The position numbers and the translations under genes were made by a program. Shown here in pieces: positions 8,431 through 16,276 of a stretch of DNA of 35,177 nt. How positions within the stretch are numbered: position 1 is the stretch's first letter; each line of letters begins with the position of its first letter. The DNA is from a virus (taxonomy: Duplodnaviria > Heunggongvirae > Uroviricota > Caudoviricetes). The notes under the pieces are model-generated. The model saw only the letters and a program-made list of their open reading frames with translations, did no database searches and was not told the origin of the DNA. The stretch is from the IMG/VR virus record IMGVR_UViG_2690316321_000006; one strand, 5' to 3'.

Positions 8431-9084
8431 TTAGTCAAGAGCCGACCAATACTCAGACTCTAACCAAGAGCACAGCATTTCAACATTTCTGATAGCTTCG
8501 AATATTTTCTCTTTAGTCGGGGATATTGTAGGTGGGAATAACCACGATTTTTCTTCCTGTTCGGAAGCCAAAAGTAGCTCACACTCCTGAATAAAGTATG
8601 GGCGAGGATATTTTTCCAAGTCATTTTTTGAGTGAGAAATATTAATTGAGGTAAGTTCCTCAGGATGCTGGACACGATTTCTCACCAAGGGAATTTGTTC
8701 AATTATTTCCAAATTTGCAGGACATTTTGCCATTTCCAACTCAATTTTGTTGAAAATTTCACGATAGCCATTAAACCAACCCTTCTTGAAATTTATATCA
8801 GATTTCACGCTATGATATCCTAAGCGATCTACCCACGCCTTCAGGTACAACTGAAGAGAAGACGAAAGCATCGATAATGCATGGTGCCCACAGGTTTCTA
8901 ATCCCGACTTTGCATCTAACCATTCATCTAAAAAAGCTGGTTCATCACTCTCACCATACGGCTGAATATAAGGTTCCACTTCATTCTCAATATCATTCAT
9001 GATGTTAACAAATGGTGCAGCAGCCGTTTCATAGAAATAAGTAACGAATCTTGTGCGCTCTTTAAGAAAAAATTCAATATCCAC
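8431..9084 (-). CDS. Hypothetical 217-aa accessory protein with R-x4-H motif (possible HEPN-like toxin or effector)
   Basis: AT-rich; the track start at 9102 is TTG, the preferred start is GTG at 9084 directly after AGGAGG; contains LVRNRVQHPEEL (R-x4-H); lies downstream of an RHH gene on the same strand. Confidence 0.5.
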   Translation of the reverse strand: MDIEFFLKERTRFVTYFYETAAAPFVNIMNDIENEVEPYIQPYGESDEPAFLDEWLDAKSGLETCGHHALSMLSSSLQLYLKAWVDRLGYHSVKSDINFKKGWFNGYREIFNKIELEMAKCPANLEIIEQIPLVRNRVQHPEELTSINISHSKNDLEKYPRPYFIQECELLLASEQEEKSWLFPPTISPTKEKIFEAIRNVEMLCSWLESEYWSALD

Positions 9085-9185
9085 AACACCTCCTACACAC
9101 AATGTTTAAGTTAATCAGTGCATATCGACTAATCTGGGCTGAACAAATAATCCTAACTTCTTAGCGCTGCTTGATATCTCCGTAA

Positions 9186-9356
9186 TTATCCTTTGGGTTC
9201 AATACCTCGTGACTGAAGTTCCTTACGCAAAACGCGTTTTATCCATGTTGCGAGAGAGGTATCTCCATCTTTACGAGCCTGTTCTTCAAGCTGCTTTCTA
9301 AATTCATGAGCAAGACGAAGTTGGTACTGATCTGTTTTAGCCTTTTCACTTGACAT
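9186..9356 (-). CDS. Ribbon-helix-helix (Arc/CopG-like) DNA-binding protein; putative antitoxin or autoregulator (56 aa, absent from the ORF track)
   Basis: Minus-strand ATG at 9356 to TAA at 9186; translation MSSEKAKTDQYQLRLAHEFRKQLEEQARKDGDTSLATWIKRVLRKELQSRGIEPKG has the beta-strand then two-helix RHH pattern; palindromic GTAATTAC operators overlap its start. Confidence 0.55.
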   Translation of the reverse strand: MSSEKAKTDQYQLRLAHEFRKQLEEQARKDGDTSLATWIKRVLRKELQSRGIEPKG

Positions 9357-9408
9357 TGTAATTACAAAATCCTTAGAATGATGTAGTTGTAATTACATCG
9401 CAATTACG
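9357..9408. promoter_or_regulatory. Operator/promoter region with repeated palindrome TGTAATTACA
   Basis: TGTAATTACA at 9357-9366 and 9388-9397 (31 bp apart) plus a degenerate copy GCAATTACG at 9400-9408; sits between divergent RHH gene and the 9498 ORF. Confidence 0.5.
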
Positions 9409-9497
9409 TGATGTTTTGCAACCCTTAAACGAACGAAGCCCGCAGGTGCTACCAACACCAACGGGCCTCTGACCACAACATTAAAGAGGCTAATGCT

Positions 9498-9704
9498 ATG
9501 GCTACCGCTAATAGTAACATACGCGCACATTCAAAGCTCTACACCTTCCTGAACGCCCGTTCCAACCGCCTGCTGCGCGAGATCCAGCCCCTGCGTCTGG
9601 TGTCTGTACTGGCAACAACTGAAATCGAGGCTCGCGACCTGCTGGCGGGTTTCCCGCTGGTGTTCGTCTCCTGCAAACCGCTGGAGGTGCGCCATGGTGC
9701 CTGA
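9498..9704 (+). CDS. Small protein resembling Icd-like (host cell division inhibitor-like) proteins of P4-type elements
   Basis: ATG at 9498 with AAGAGG 8 nt upstream; 68 aa; motif pattern recalled from P4-like island small ORFs; weak. Confidence 0.4.
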   Translation: MATANSNIRAHSKLYTFLNARSNRLLREIQPLRLVSVLATTEIEARDLLAGFPLVFVSCKPLEVRHGA

Positions 9705-10014
9705 AACCAATATTCTGTCCTCTGAACTGGCGGACGCGATCCGCAAGATGGATATTTCACACCTGAACGCCGACGATACTCTGCTACTGGCCAACAGCAG
9801 CGAAGAGTGCTACGCCGGACTATGTCACGGCCTGCATTTTCTGGGTAAAACCTTCGTCTCCTTTGCCGACAGCAACGTGCTGGAATTCTCCGCTGAAAGC
9901 CTGTGCCAGCTAGGGCATGGCCTGTCGGCTACCGCGCTTCTGCTTCCGGCGCTGATCCAGCTCCAGAAGTCCGCTGAACTGAAAATCATCAATACCGACA
10001 GCGACGAGGCATAG
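9694..10014 (+). CDS. Hypothetical protein (106 aa), accessory
   Basis: ATG at 9694 with GGAGG 6 nt upstream; overlaps the end of the previous ORF (coupled). Confidence 0.45.
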   Translation: MVPETNILSSELADAIRKMDISHLNADDTLLLANSSEECYAGLCHGLHFLGKTFVSFADSNVLEFSAESLCQLGHGLSATALLLPALIQLQKSAELKIINTDSDEA

Positions 10015-10030
10015 CCCTCGCCAATCGCTT

Positions 10031-10064
10031 CCGCTTGTACTGCCCTCAGTTACAAGCGGAAGCC
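10031..10064 (+). promoter_or_regulatory. Late-promoter activator site (Ogr-type dyad) upstream of X
   Basis: CCGCTTGTA-N-TTACAAGCGGAAGCC; TGT 10036-10038, ACA 10052-10054, 13-nt spacer; near-identical flanks to the P/O, V and FI sites. Confidence 0.55.
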
Positions 10065-10128
10065 TTCCCTTCACTTCCCGCCCCTGTGCCACCATCCCCG
10101 CATCACCTGACGCCGCGCGGGAAACACC

Positions 10129-10332
10129 ATGATTGTCTATAGCCTGCAAAACGAAACGCTCGATCAGCTCTGCTGGCGCATCTTCGGGCGCACTGCCGGG
10201 ATTGTCGAACAGCTTTACCAGAACAACCCGCGCCTGTGCGAACTGCCGCTGCGCCTGCCACACGGTACGGCGGTTAACGTACCGGAACAGGCTCCCGCCA
10301 CCGCACGTCAACGAATCAACCTGTGGGACTGA
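10129..10332 (+). CDS. X: Tail protein X (P2 gpX-like)
   Basis: 67 aa, same size as P2 X; ...LPHGTAVNVPEQAPATARQRINLWD closely matches the recalled P2 X C-terminus. Confidence 0.85.
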   Translation: MIVYSLQNETLDQLCWRIFGRTAGIVEQLYQNNPRLCELPLRLPHGTAVNVPEQAPATARQRINLWD

Positions 10333-10334
10333 CT

Positions 10335-10712
10335 ATGAACGAACCCGTAACCGGCACCGTCGTCGCCGCTTCCGTAAGCGCATTCTCCATTGCCACGCTG
10401 TTCCCGACGCTACAGGCTCCGGTAGTGCTCGGCGCATTGTGTGGCGCGCTGCTGCTGGTGATTTCGCAAAAAGAGATCGGCCTGTTCCTGCGCATCATTT
10501 TCTTCTGCGTGGCGTTTGTGATCGGCCTGCTGACCGCCGACCTGTTTACCGCGCTGGTCGCCGGATATCTGCCGCAGCATCTGATGGAAAAAGTCTCCCC
10601 CGGTATCGGGGCGCTGCTCTCATCGGCGCTTACCGTCAAGGCGCTGCTATGGGCCATCCGACAACTGGATAACCCCGGTCAACTGCTCGACTTTTTAAGG
10701 GGACGCAAATGA
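10335..10712 (+). CDS. Holin (P2 gpY position)
   Basis: ATG at 10335 (track start 10323 is GTG); hydrophobic membrane protein directly after X. Confidence 0.7.
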   Translation: MNEPVTGTVVAASVSAFSIATLFPTLQAPVVLGALCGALLLVISQKEIGLFLRIIFFCVAFVIGLLTADLFTALVAGYLPQHLMEKVSPGIGALLSSALTVKALLWAIRQLDNPGQLLDFLRGRK

Positions 10713-11023
10713 AACTAATCCTGAGCCTTAACGCCATTATTTGCCTGCTGATTACCGTCCGCCTGTTCCTCTATCGCCGCATTCACGGTACTACCTATCG
10801 CCCGCTGTATAGCTGGCTGGCGTGGCTGCTGATGTGCTGCACCGCATCGGTGGCGGTACTGATTTGTTTCAGCCTGTACCGCTACGTGTTTATCGCCGAA
10901 ACCGCCATCAACATCGTGCTGCTGATTTGCCTGAGCGCTGCACGCGGCAACGTCGCCAGTCTGATTAACCCCTTACGTCATCACCCGAAGGAGCCACGCC
11001 ATGACTCGTACACTCACCCATGA
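10709..11023 (+). CDS. Second small membrane protein (holin/antiholin-like)
   Basis: ATGA overlap with the previous gene; three hydrophobic segments; lysis-cassette position. Confidence 0.6.
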   Translation: MKLILSLNAIICLLITVRLFLYRRIHGTTYRPLYSWLAWLLMCCTASVAVLICFSLYRYVFIAETAINIVLLICLSAARGNVASLINPLRHHPKEPRHDSYTHP

Positions 11024-11591
11024 TCAGCAGCAGGCCGCCGCGTTGTATCTGGGTATCCCGCTGGCGGCATTACAGGCGGTGCAGGAGGTTGAAGCCCGAT
11101 CTCACGGCTTCCTGCCCGATGGCCACCCGGCTCTTTTGTTTGAACGCCACATCATGTACCGCCAGTTAAAAAGCCACGGACTGGACGCCGACCGGCTGGC
11201 GCAGAATTACCCGGATCTGGTGAACAAGAGCACAGGCGGCTATCAGGGCGGAAGCCGTGAGCACTACCGTCTGAATCTGGCGAAACAGATCCACAGCACC
11301 GCCGCCATTGAGAGCGCAAGCTGGGGACTGTTCCAGATTATGGGCTTTCACTGGAAAGCGCTGGGCTACGCCTCTGCCGCCGACTTTGAAAAGCAGATGA
11401 ACGACAGCGAGCAGATGCAGCTTGACGCCTTCGTGCGCTTCGTTGAGGCCAATTCGAAGATCCACGACGCGATGAAGGTACAGAACTGGCCAGAGTTCGC
11501 CCGCCGCTACAACGGGCCACAGTACAAACGCAACCAGTACGATACGAAGCTGGCGATCGCCTTCGAAAAATTCAGTAAGGCGGCAGCATGA
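11001..11591 (+). CDS. Endolysin (N-acetylmuramidase-type, not the P2 K family)
   Basis: ATG at 11001 with GAAGGAG upstream; between holins and spanins; sequence recalled from endolysins of Salmonella P2-like prophages. Confidence 0.7.
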   Translation: MTRTLTHDQQQAAALYLGIPLAALQAVQEVEARSHGFLPDGHPALLFERHIMYRQLKSHGLDADRLAQNYPDLVNKSTGGYQGGSREHYRLNLAKQIHSTAAIESASWGLFQIMGFHWKALGYASAADFEKQMNDSEQMQLDAFVRFVEANSKIHDAMKVQNWPEFARRYNGPQYKRNQYDTKLAIAFEKFSKAAA

Positions 11592-12037
11592 TGGGCTGGA
11601 TAAAAGCCGCGCCGCTGCTGTTGCTCGGCGTGATGCTGCTCTGGACGAACTGGCAGCGTATGACGCAGCAGGAACAGCTTATTGAACAGCAGCAGCACAT
11701 CAGGCTGGCCGACACTCAGATTGCCAGCCTGACCGAATCCCTGATGACAAAAGTGCAGGAACTGGACGAACTCCAGCAACAGGCCGACGCCGACCAGCAG
11801 GCATACCTGACGCTGCAACAGCAAACCGCCGACGCCCATGACCAGCTACGGCAGCACAATCAACAACTGGAGAAACTGAAACGTGAAAATCAACAGCTTC
11901 GTGAATGGGCTGATACTGCTTTGCCCGCTGATATTATCCGCCTGCACCAGCACACCACCATTACCGGCAGTGCGGCTTACCGTCAATTGCCCGAAACTGA
12001 CGCCCTGCCAGCTTCCGGCGCTGCAACCGCAGAGTAA
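11588..12037 (+). CDS. lysB: i-spanin (LysB / Rz-like)
   Basis: N-terminal transmembrane segment then Q/E-rich coiled coil; ATGA overlap with the endolysin stop. Confidence 0.7.
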   Translation: MMGWIKAAPLLLLGVMLLWTNWQRMTQQEQLIEQQQHIRLADTQIASLTESLMTKVQELDELQQQADADQQAYLTLQQQTADAHDQLRQHNQQLEKLKRENQQLREWADTALPADIIRLHQHTTITGSAAYRQLPETDALPASGAATAE

Positions 12038-12158
12038 TGAGGATTTAAGCCGCGCACTGCTGGAAACTGAAAACGCGTGGCACCAGTGCGCTGCGCAGGT
12101 GGATATGACGATTAGCTGTCAGGAGCGTATCGATGCACAAAGCGCAGCTCATCCGTGA
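11883..12158 (+). CDS. lysC: o-spanin lipoprotein (LysC / Rz1-like), begins inside lysB in another frame
   Basis: GTG start at 11883 (start uncertain); signal peptide with lipobox LSAC; Pro-rich; embedded then extending past lysB as in P2. Confidence 0.6.
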   Translation: MKINSFVNGLILLCPLILSACTSTPPLPAVRLTVNCPKLTPCQLPALQPQSNEDLSRALLETENAWHQCAAQVDMTISCQERIDAQSAAHP

Positions 12159-12591
12159 ACTGCTGGCCGCCAGCGTCCCGCATCTACAGCAGAACCCGGA
12201 CACGCTGCGGGTCTTTATCAATAAGGGCCGGATCGTCGCCACCGCAGGGCGCAGCACCAGTTTTGAATACCAGTACACGCTGGAACTGTTGATCACCGAC
12301 TACGCCGCCGATCCCGATACACTGATGGTGCCGCTGGTCGGCTGGATGTCGCTTCACCAGCAGGAAGCCTTCGCCAATAGCGACCTGCGCGAGCAGGCGT
12401 TTCAGTTTGAGGCCGAAGCCATCGACCATCAGAGCTACGATATCAGCATCAAACTGGCGCTGACCGAGCGCGTCATTGTTCGCCAGCGCGACGGTAGTCT
12501 GGAAGCAAAGCACTGTAACGACCAGCAGCCAGAAAGCGGTTACAACGGCTGGGAAATCGCCTGTCGCGGTGAAACGATTGTGAGCACCTGA
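12133..12591 (+). CDS. R: Tail completion protein (P2 gpR-like)
   Basis: 152 aa; ATG at 12133 with AGGAGC upstream; P2 order. Confidence 0.8.
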   Translation: MHKAQLIRELLAASVPHLQQNPDTLRVFINKGRIVATAGRSTSFEYQYTLELLITDYAADPDTLMVPLVGWMSLHQQEAFANSDLREQAFQFEAEAIDHQSYDISIKLALTERVIVRQRDGSLEAKHCNDQQPESGYNGWEIACRGETIVST

Positions 12592-13037
12592 TGAGCGACG
12601 ACCTGCAACAACTCCACCGCTGGGCCGATGGCCTGCTCGCAAAGCTCTCCCCGGCAAGCCGAACCCAACTGGCACGGGAAATCGCCCGCAGCCTGCGCCA
12701 GTCGCAAAGCCAGCGAATAACCGCGCAGAAAAACCCGGACGGCTCACCGTTCGCCCCCCGTAAGCTCCAGCTACGCAGTAAAAAAGGAAAGATCCGCCGC
12801 CAGATGTTCCGTAAGCTGCGTACCGCACGCTATATGAAAGGGAAAGGCGATGGGCAGGGAGCAACCATTTCGTTTCTCAGCAGCGTTCGACATATGGCTG
12901 CCGTTCATCAGTATGGCCTGCGCGATCGGGTAAATCGCTACGGGTTGGAGGTGGATTACGCACAAAGGCAGTTGCTGGGGTTTTCGGCGGAGGATGTGCG
13001 AAAAATAGAGGCGCTAATCGTTCACTTCCTGACTTGA
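12591..13037 (+). CDS. S: Tail completion / virion morphogenesis protein (P2 gpS-like)
   Basis: 148 aa; one-nucleotide TGATG overlap with R. Confidence 0.8.
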   Translation: MSDDLQQLHRWADGLLAKLSPASRTQLAREIARSLRQSQSQRITAQKNPDGSPFAPRKLQLRSKKGKIRRQMFRKLRTARYMKGKGDGQGATISFLSSVRHMAAVHQYGLRDRVNRYGLEVDYAQRQLLGFSAEDVRKIEALIVHFLT

Positions 13038-13062
13038 AATGATATCAAAAAATGATATCATC
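13038..13062 (+). promoter_or_regulatory. Putative hicAB operator: two TGATATCA palindromes
   Basis: TGATATCA at 13040-13047 and 13053-13060 in an AT-rich stretch 50 bp upstream of hicA. Confidence 0.5.
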
Positions 13063-13109
13063 ATTATATCTTGGCGGAAGAATAAAATAACTTATGGAAA
13101 ATACCCTGT

Positions 13110-13373
13110 ATGAATACGTTAAGCGCCAAACATAAAAAAACCTTACAAGCTGTTTTTTCTACGCCAACACCTGTCACGCTGGAATGGCGAAAAATAGAAG
13201 CCTTATTTATTGCTTTGGGGGCTATTGCTACGGAAGGAAACGGTTCCCGCGTCAGGTTTGAAATTAATCAGGTTGTGGCTTCATTTCATCGTCCACACCC
13301 GGAAAAAGAAGCGAAAGCCTATCAGGTTCGCGATGCCAGAACATTCCTTGAAGCTGTAGGGGTAACACCATGA
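13110..13373 (+). CDS. hicA: HicA-family mRNA-interferase toxin
   Basis: 87 aa; conserved ...RFEINQVVASFHRPHPEKE... region typical of HicA; followed by overlapping HicB. Confidence 0.7.
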   Translation: MNTLSAKHKKTLQAVFSTPTPVTLEWRKIEALFIALGAIATEGNGSRVRFEINQVVASFHRPHPEKEAKAYQVRDARTFLEAVGVTP

Positions 13374-13705
13374 TGAATACCATGACATATAGAGGCTATG
13401 CCGCAAAAATTGAATACAGCGATGAAGATCAATGCATTGTTGGTCACGTTGCAGGCATTCGGGATGTCATTGGCTTTCATGCCGATAATGTTGCCGATCT
13501 GCGTAAAGCGTTTGAAGAGGCGGTAGACGACTATCTGGCTTACTGCGAGGAACGGGGCCGGGAGCCGTTGCGTCCGGCCAGCGGAAAAATCAGCCTGCGT
13601 ATTCCACCTGAAATTCACTCTGCCATTAACGTTGCGGCAGAAGTCTCCGGTAAAAGCGTTAACCAGTGGATTAACGATACACTGATGAAGGCTGCGCACG
13701 GTTAA
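13370..13705 (+). CDS. hicB: HicB-family antitoxin
   Basis: 111 aa; ATGA overlap with hicA; HicB-like N-terminal domain plus C-terminal RHH-like segment (ISLRIPPEIHSAINVAAEVSGKSVNQWINDTL). Confidence 0.75.
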   Translation: MMNTMTYRGYAAKIEYSDEDQCIVGHVAGIRDVIGFHADNVADLRKAFEEAVDDYLAYCEERGREPLRPASGKISLRIPPEIHSAINVAAEVSGKSVNQWINDTLMKAAHG

Positions 13706-13720
13706 GCTCTTTTTCGTTCA

Positions 13721-13744
13721 ACGCCCCTACTCAGGGGCGTTTTA
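13721..13744 (+). terminator. Rho-independent terminator after hicB
   Basis: acgcccct-actc-aggggcgt followed by ttta. Confidence 0.6.
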
Positions 13745-13775
13745 CTTGTAGCCCATTATCCTACAAGCCTTAGCC
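13742..13775 (+). promoter_or_regulatory. Late-promoter activator site (Ogr-type dyad) upstream of V
   Basis: TTACTTGTA-N-CTACAAGCCTTAGCC; TGT 13747-13749, ACA 13763-13765, 13-nt spacer. Confidence 0.55.
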
Positions 13776-13811
13776 CTTCCCTCTTCGCCCGCGAATCCCA
13801 ATGATTCCGGC

Positions 13812-14411
13812 ATGAGCGACGCAAACCACCCAGCCAACCTCGCCGAGCTGCACCGGCGCATTGAAAACCTGATCCGTACCGGCACCGTTGAAGAGGTGAA
13901 GGGCGATCGAGTACGCATTCACACTGGTGAACTGACCACCAACTGGATACCGTGGCTGACGCTGCGCGCCGGTGATGCCCGGACGTGGTGGCGACCATCA
14001 ACAGGCGAACAGGTGTTACTGCTCTGTTTAAGCGGTGAGTTAACCACCGCCGTGGCGCTTCCTGCCATTTACTCTGACGCCAACCCCGCCCCGCTGCTGG
14101 ATGAACAGGTTCACCATAGCGTTTACCCCGATGGTGCGGTGATTGAATATGATCCGCGCTCCAGCGCGTTAAAAGCCACCGGCATCAAGACCGCACTGGT
14201 CGAAGCCAGCACCCGCGTCACGCTGGATACACCGCTCGTCGTCTGCACCCAGCATCTGGAAACCGCCACGCTGTCGGTTAAAAAAGGCGGCACGCTTAAA
14301 GGCACTTACACCCACAGCAGCGGCAGTTTTACCTCCAACGGCGTCACCGTCCATACCCACACGCACACAGGCGTAGAGCGCGGCGGTAGCAATACCGGAG
14401 GGCCGCAGTAA
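13812..14411 (+). CDS. V: Baseplate spike / assembly protein V (P2 gpV-like)
   Basis: 199 aa; first gene after the late dyad; P2 order. Confidence 0.85.
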   Translation: MSDANHPANLAELHRRIENLIRTGTVEEVKGDRVRIHTGELTTNWIPWLTLRAGDARTWWRPSTGEQVLLLCLSGELTTAVALPAIYSDANPAPLLDEQVHHSVYPDGAVIEYDPRSSALKATGIKTALVEASTRVTLDTPLVVCTQHLETATLSVKKGGTLKGTYTHSSGSFTSNGVTVHTHTHTGVERGGSNTGGPQ

Positions 14412-14761
14412 TGTACCTCGGTATGAACGCCGAAACCGGCAGAGCATTAAGCGATGAGTTGCACATTAAGCAATCCGTAAAAGATATTCTGGCCACGCCG
14501 GTAGGTACGCGCGTGATGCGTCGCGATTATGGCTCACTGATCGGCAACCTGATCGACCAGCCCAACGATGGCGGCACCCGGCTGCGGGTGATGTCGGCGG
14601 TGGTTATGGCGCTGACGCGCTGGGAACCCCGCCTCGAGATTATCGGCGTGGACTTTGCTGCGGAAAATGCCGATCTCAGCGTCACTATTGAAGCCGAACG
14701 TACCGATATCCCCGGGCAGCCGTGGGCATTCTCCATTCCGATCGACAGGAGACGTCCATGA
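14411..14761 (+). CDS. W: Baseplate protein W (gp25/GPW-like)
   Basis: 116 aa; start overlaps V stop. Confidence 0.85.
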   Translation: MYLGMNAETGRALSDELHIKQSVKDILATPVGTRVMRRDYGSLIGNLIDQPNDGGTRLRVMSAVVMALTRWEPRLEIIGVDFAAENADLSVTIEAERTDIPGQPWAFSIPIDRRRP

Positions 14762-15669
14762 GCGCGCTGACCGATTTAAGCCAGTTACCCATCCCTGATG
14801 TGGTGGAAACACTCGATTTTGAAACCCTGTTCACCGCCCGCAAGCAGCGCTTTATCAGCCTGTATCCAGCCGAACAGCAAGCAGAAGTTACCCGCACGCT
14901 GGGCTATGAATCAGAACCCTTCGTCAAGCTGTTGCAGGAAAATACTTACTTAGAGATGGCGCTGCGGGTACGCATCAATGAAGCCGCCGTTGCTAATATG
15001 CTGGCCCATGCCGCCGGGCGCGATCTGGATAATCTGGTCGCTAACTTTAAGGTTTTTCGCCTGCAAATCTCTCCCGGAGACAGTACGGCGATACCGCCCG
15101 TTGATCCGGTTCATGAATCCGACAGCGATTTACGAATGCGCGCACAGCAGGCGTTTGAAGGTCTGTCCGTCGCAGGCCCGACCGCCGCCTACGAATATCA
15201 CGCCCGCAGCGCAGATGGGCGCATTGCTGACGTTTCCGCCATCAGTCCACATCCCTGTTACGTCACCGTGTCGGTACTCTCCCGCGAAGGCAACGGGCTG
15301 GCCAGCGCAGAACTGCTGGCGATAGTCGATTCCGCCCTGAACGATATTGATATTCGTCCGGTAGGCGATCGCCCAACCATTCAGTCCGCCGAAGTGATCC
15401 CGTATCAGATTGATGCCGTACTTTATTGCTATCCCGGCCCGGAGCAGGAACCCATTCGGCAGGCCGCCGAGCAGCGGCTACAAAGCTACGTCAATGACCA
15501 GCATCGAATCGGGCGCGATATTCGCCGCAGCGCGATTTACGCCGCACTGCATGTCACCGGCGTTCAGCGCGTAGAACTGCTCTCCCCTGCCGTTGATGTC
15601 ATTATCAACAAAACGCAGGCCAGCTACTGCACCGGATGGCAAATTGCCATCGGGGGAAGCGATGAATAG
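14758..15669 (+). CDS. J: Baseplate protein J (P2 gpJ-like)
   Basis: ATG at 14758 overlapping W stop (ATGA); the track's upstream start at 14722 is rejected. Confidence 0.85.
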   Translation: MSALTDLSQLPIPDVVETLDFETLFTARKQRFISLYPAEQQAEVTRTLGYESEPFVKLLQENTYLEMALRVRINEAAVANMLAHAAGRDLDNLVANFKVFRLQISPGDSTAIPPVDPVHESDSDLRMRAQQAFEGLSVAGPTAAYEYHARSADGRIADVSAISPHPCYVTVSVLSREGNGLASAELLAIVDSALNDIDIRPVGDRPTIQSAEVIPYQIDAVLYCYPGPEQEPIRQAAEQRLQSYVNDQHRIGRDIRRSAIYAALHVTGVQRVELLSPAVDVIINKTQASYCTGWQIAIGGSDE

Positions 15670-16276
15670 CTCCCTGCTCCCCAACAATGCCAGCTCGCTG
15701 GAGCAGAATCTGGCGCAAACCGGCAGTCTGACTGAACAAATGCCAGTCCCGCTGCGTAGCTTGTGGCAACCGGATAGCTGCCCCGCCGCGCTGTTGCCTT
15801 ATCTGGCATGGGCGTTTTCCGTTGACCGCTGGGATGAAAACTGGCCAGCCGATACCAAGCGGCAGGTGATTGCTGCTTCTTTCTACATCCATCAGCACAA
15901 AGGCACCATCGGCGCACTGCAGCGTGCGGTGGAACCGCTCGGTTTCCTTATCCGGGTAACCGAATGGTGGCAACTGCGCCCGGAAGGTATTCCCGGCACC
16001 TTCGCGCTGGAAGTCGGCGTGCGCGAACAGGGCATCACCGAGCAGATGTATGTAGAGCTGGAGCGCCTGATCGATGATGCAAAACCCTGTTCACGCCACT
16101 TAATCGGACTGGCGATCAGCCTGCAAAGCAACGGATACGTCTGGTTCAGCGCGACGAACTATACCGGCGATACGCTCACCGTTTATCCCTTTATTCCCGA
16201 ACATGTATACAGCGTGGGCCGTGACTACCGCGGGGCTGCGCTGCATCTGATTGATACGCTAAGGATCGCCCCATGA
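15662..16276 (+). CDS. I: Baseplate / tail protein I (P2 gpI-like)
   Basis: ATG at 15662 overlapping the end of J; the track's upstream extension from 15593 is rejected. Confidence 0.8.
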   Translation: MNSSLLPNNASSLEQNLAQTGSLTEQMPVPLRSLWQPDSCPAALLPYLAWAFSVDRWDENWPADTKRQVIAASFYIHQHKGTIGALQRAVEPLGFLIRVTEWWQLRPEGIPGTFALEVGVREQGITEQMYVELERLIDDAKPCSRHLIGLAISLQSNGYVWFSATNYTGDTLTVYPFIPEHVYSVGRDYRGAALHLIDTLRIAP

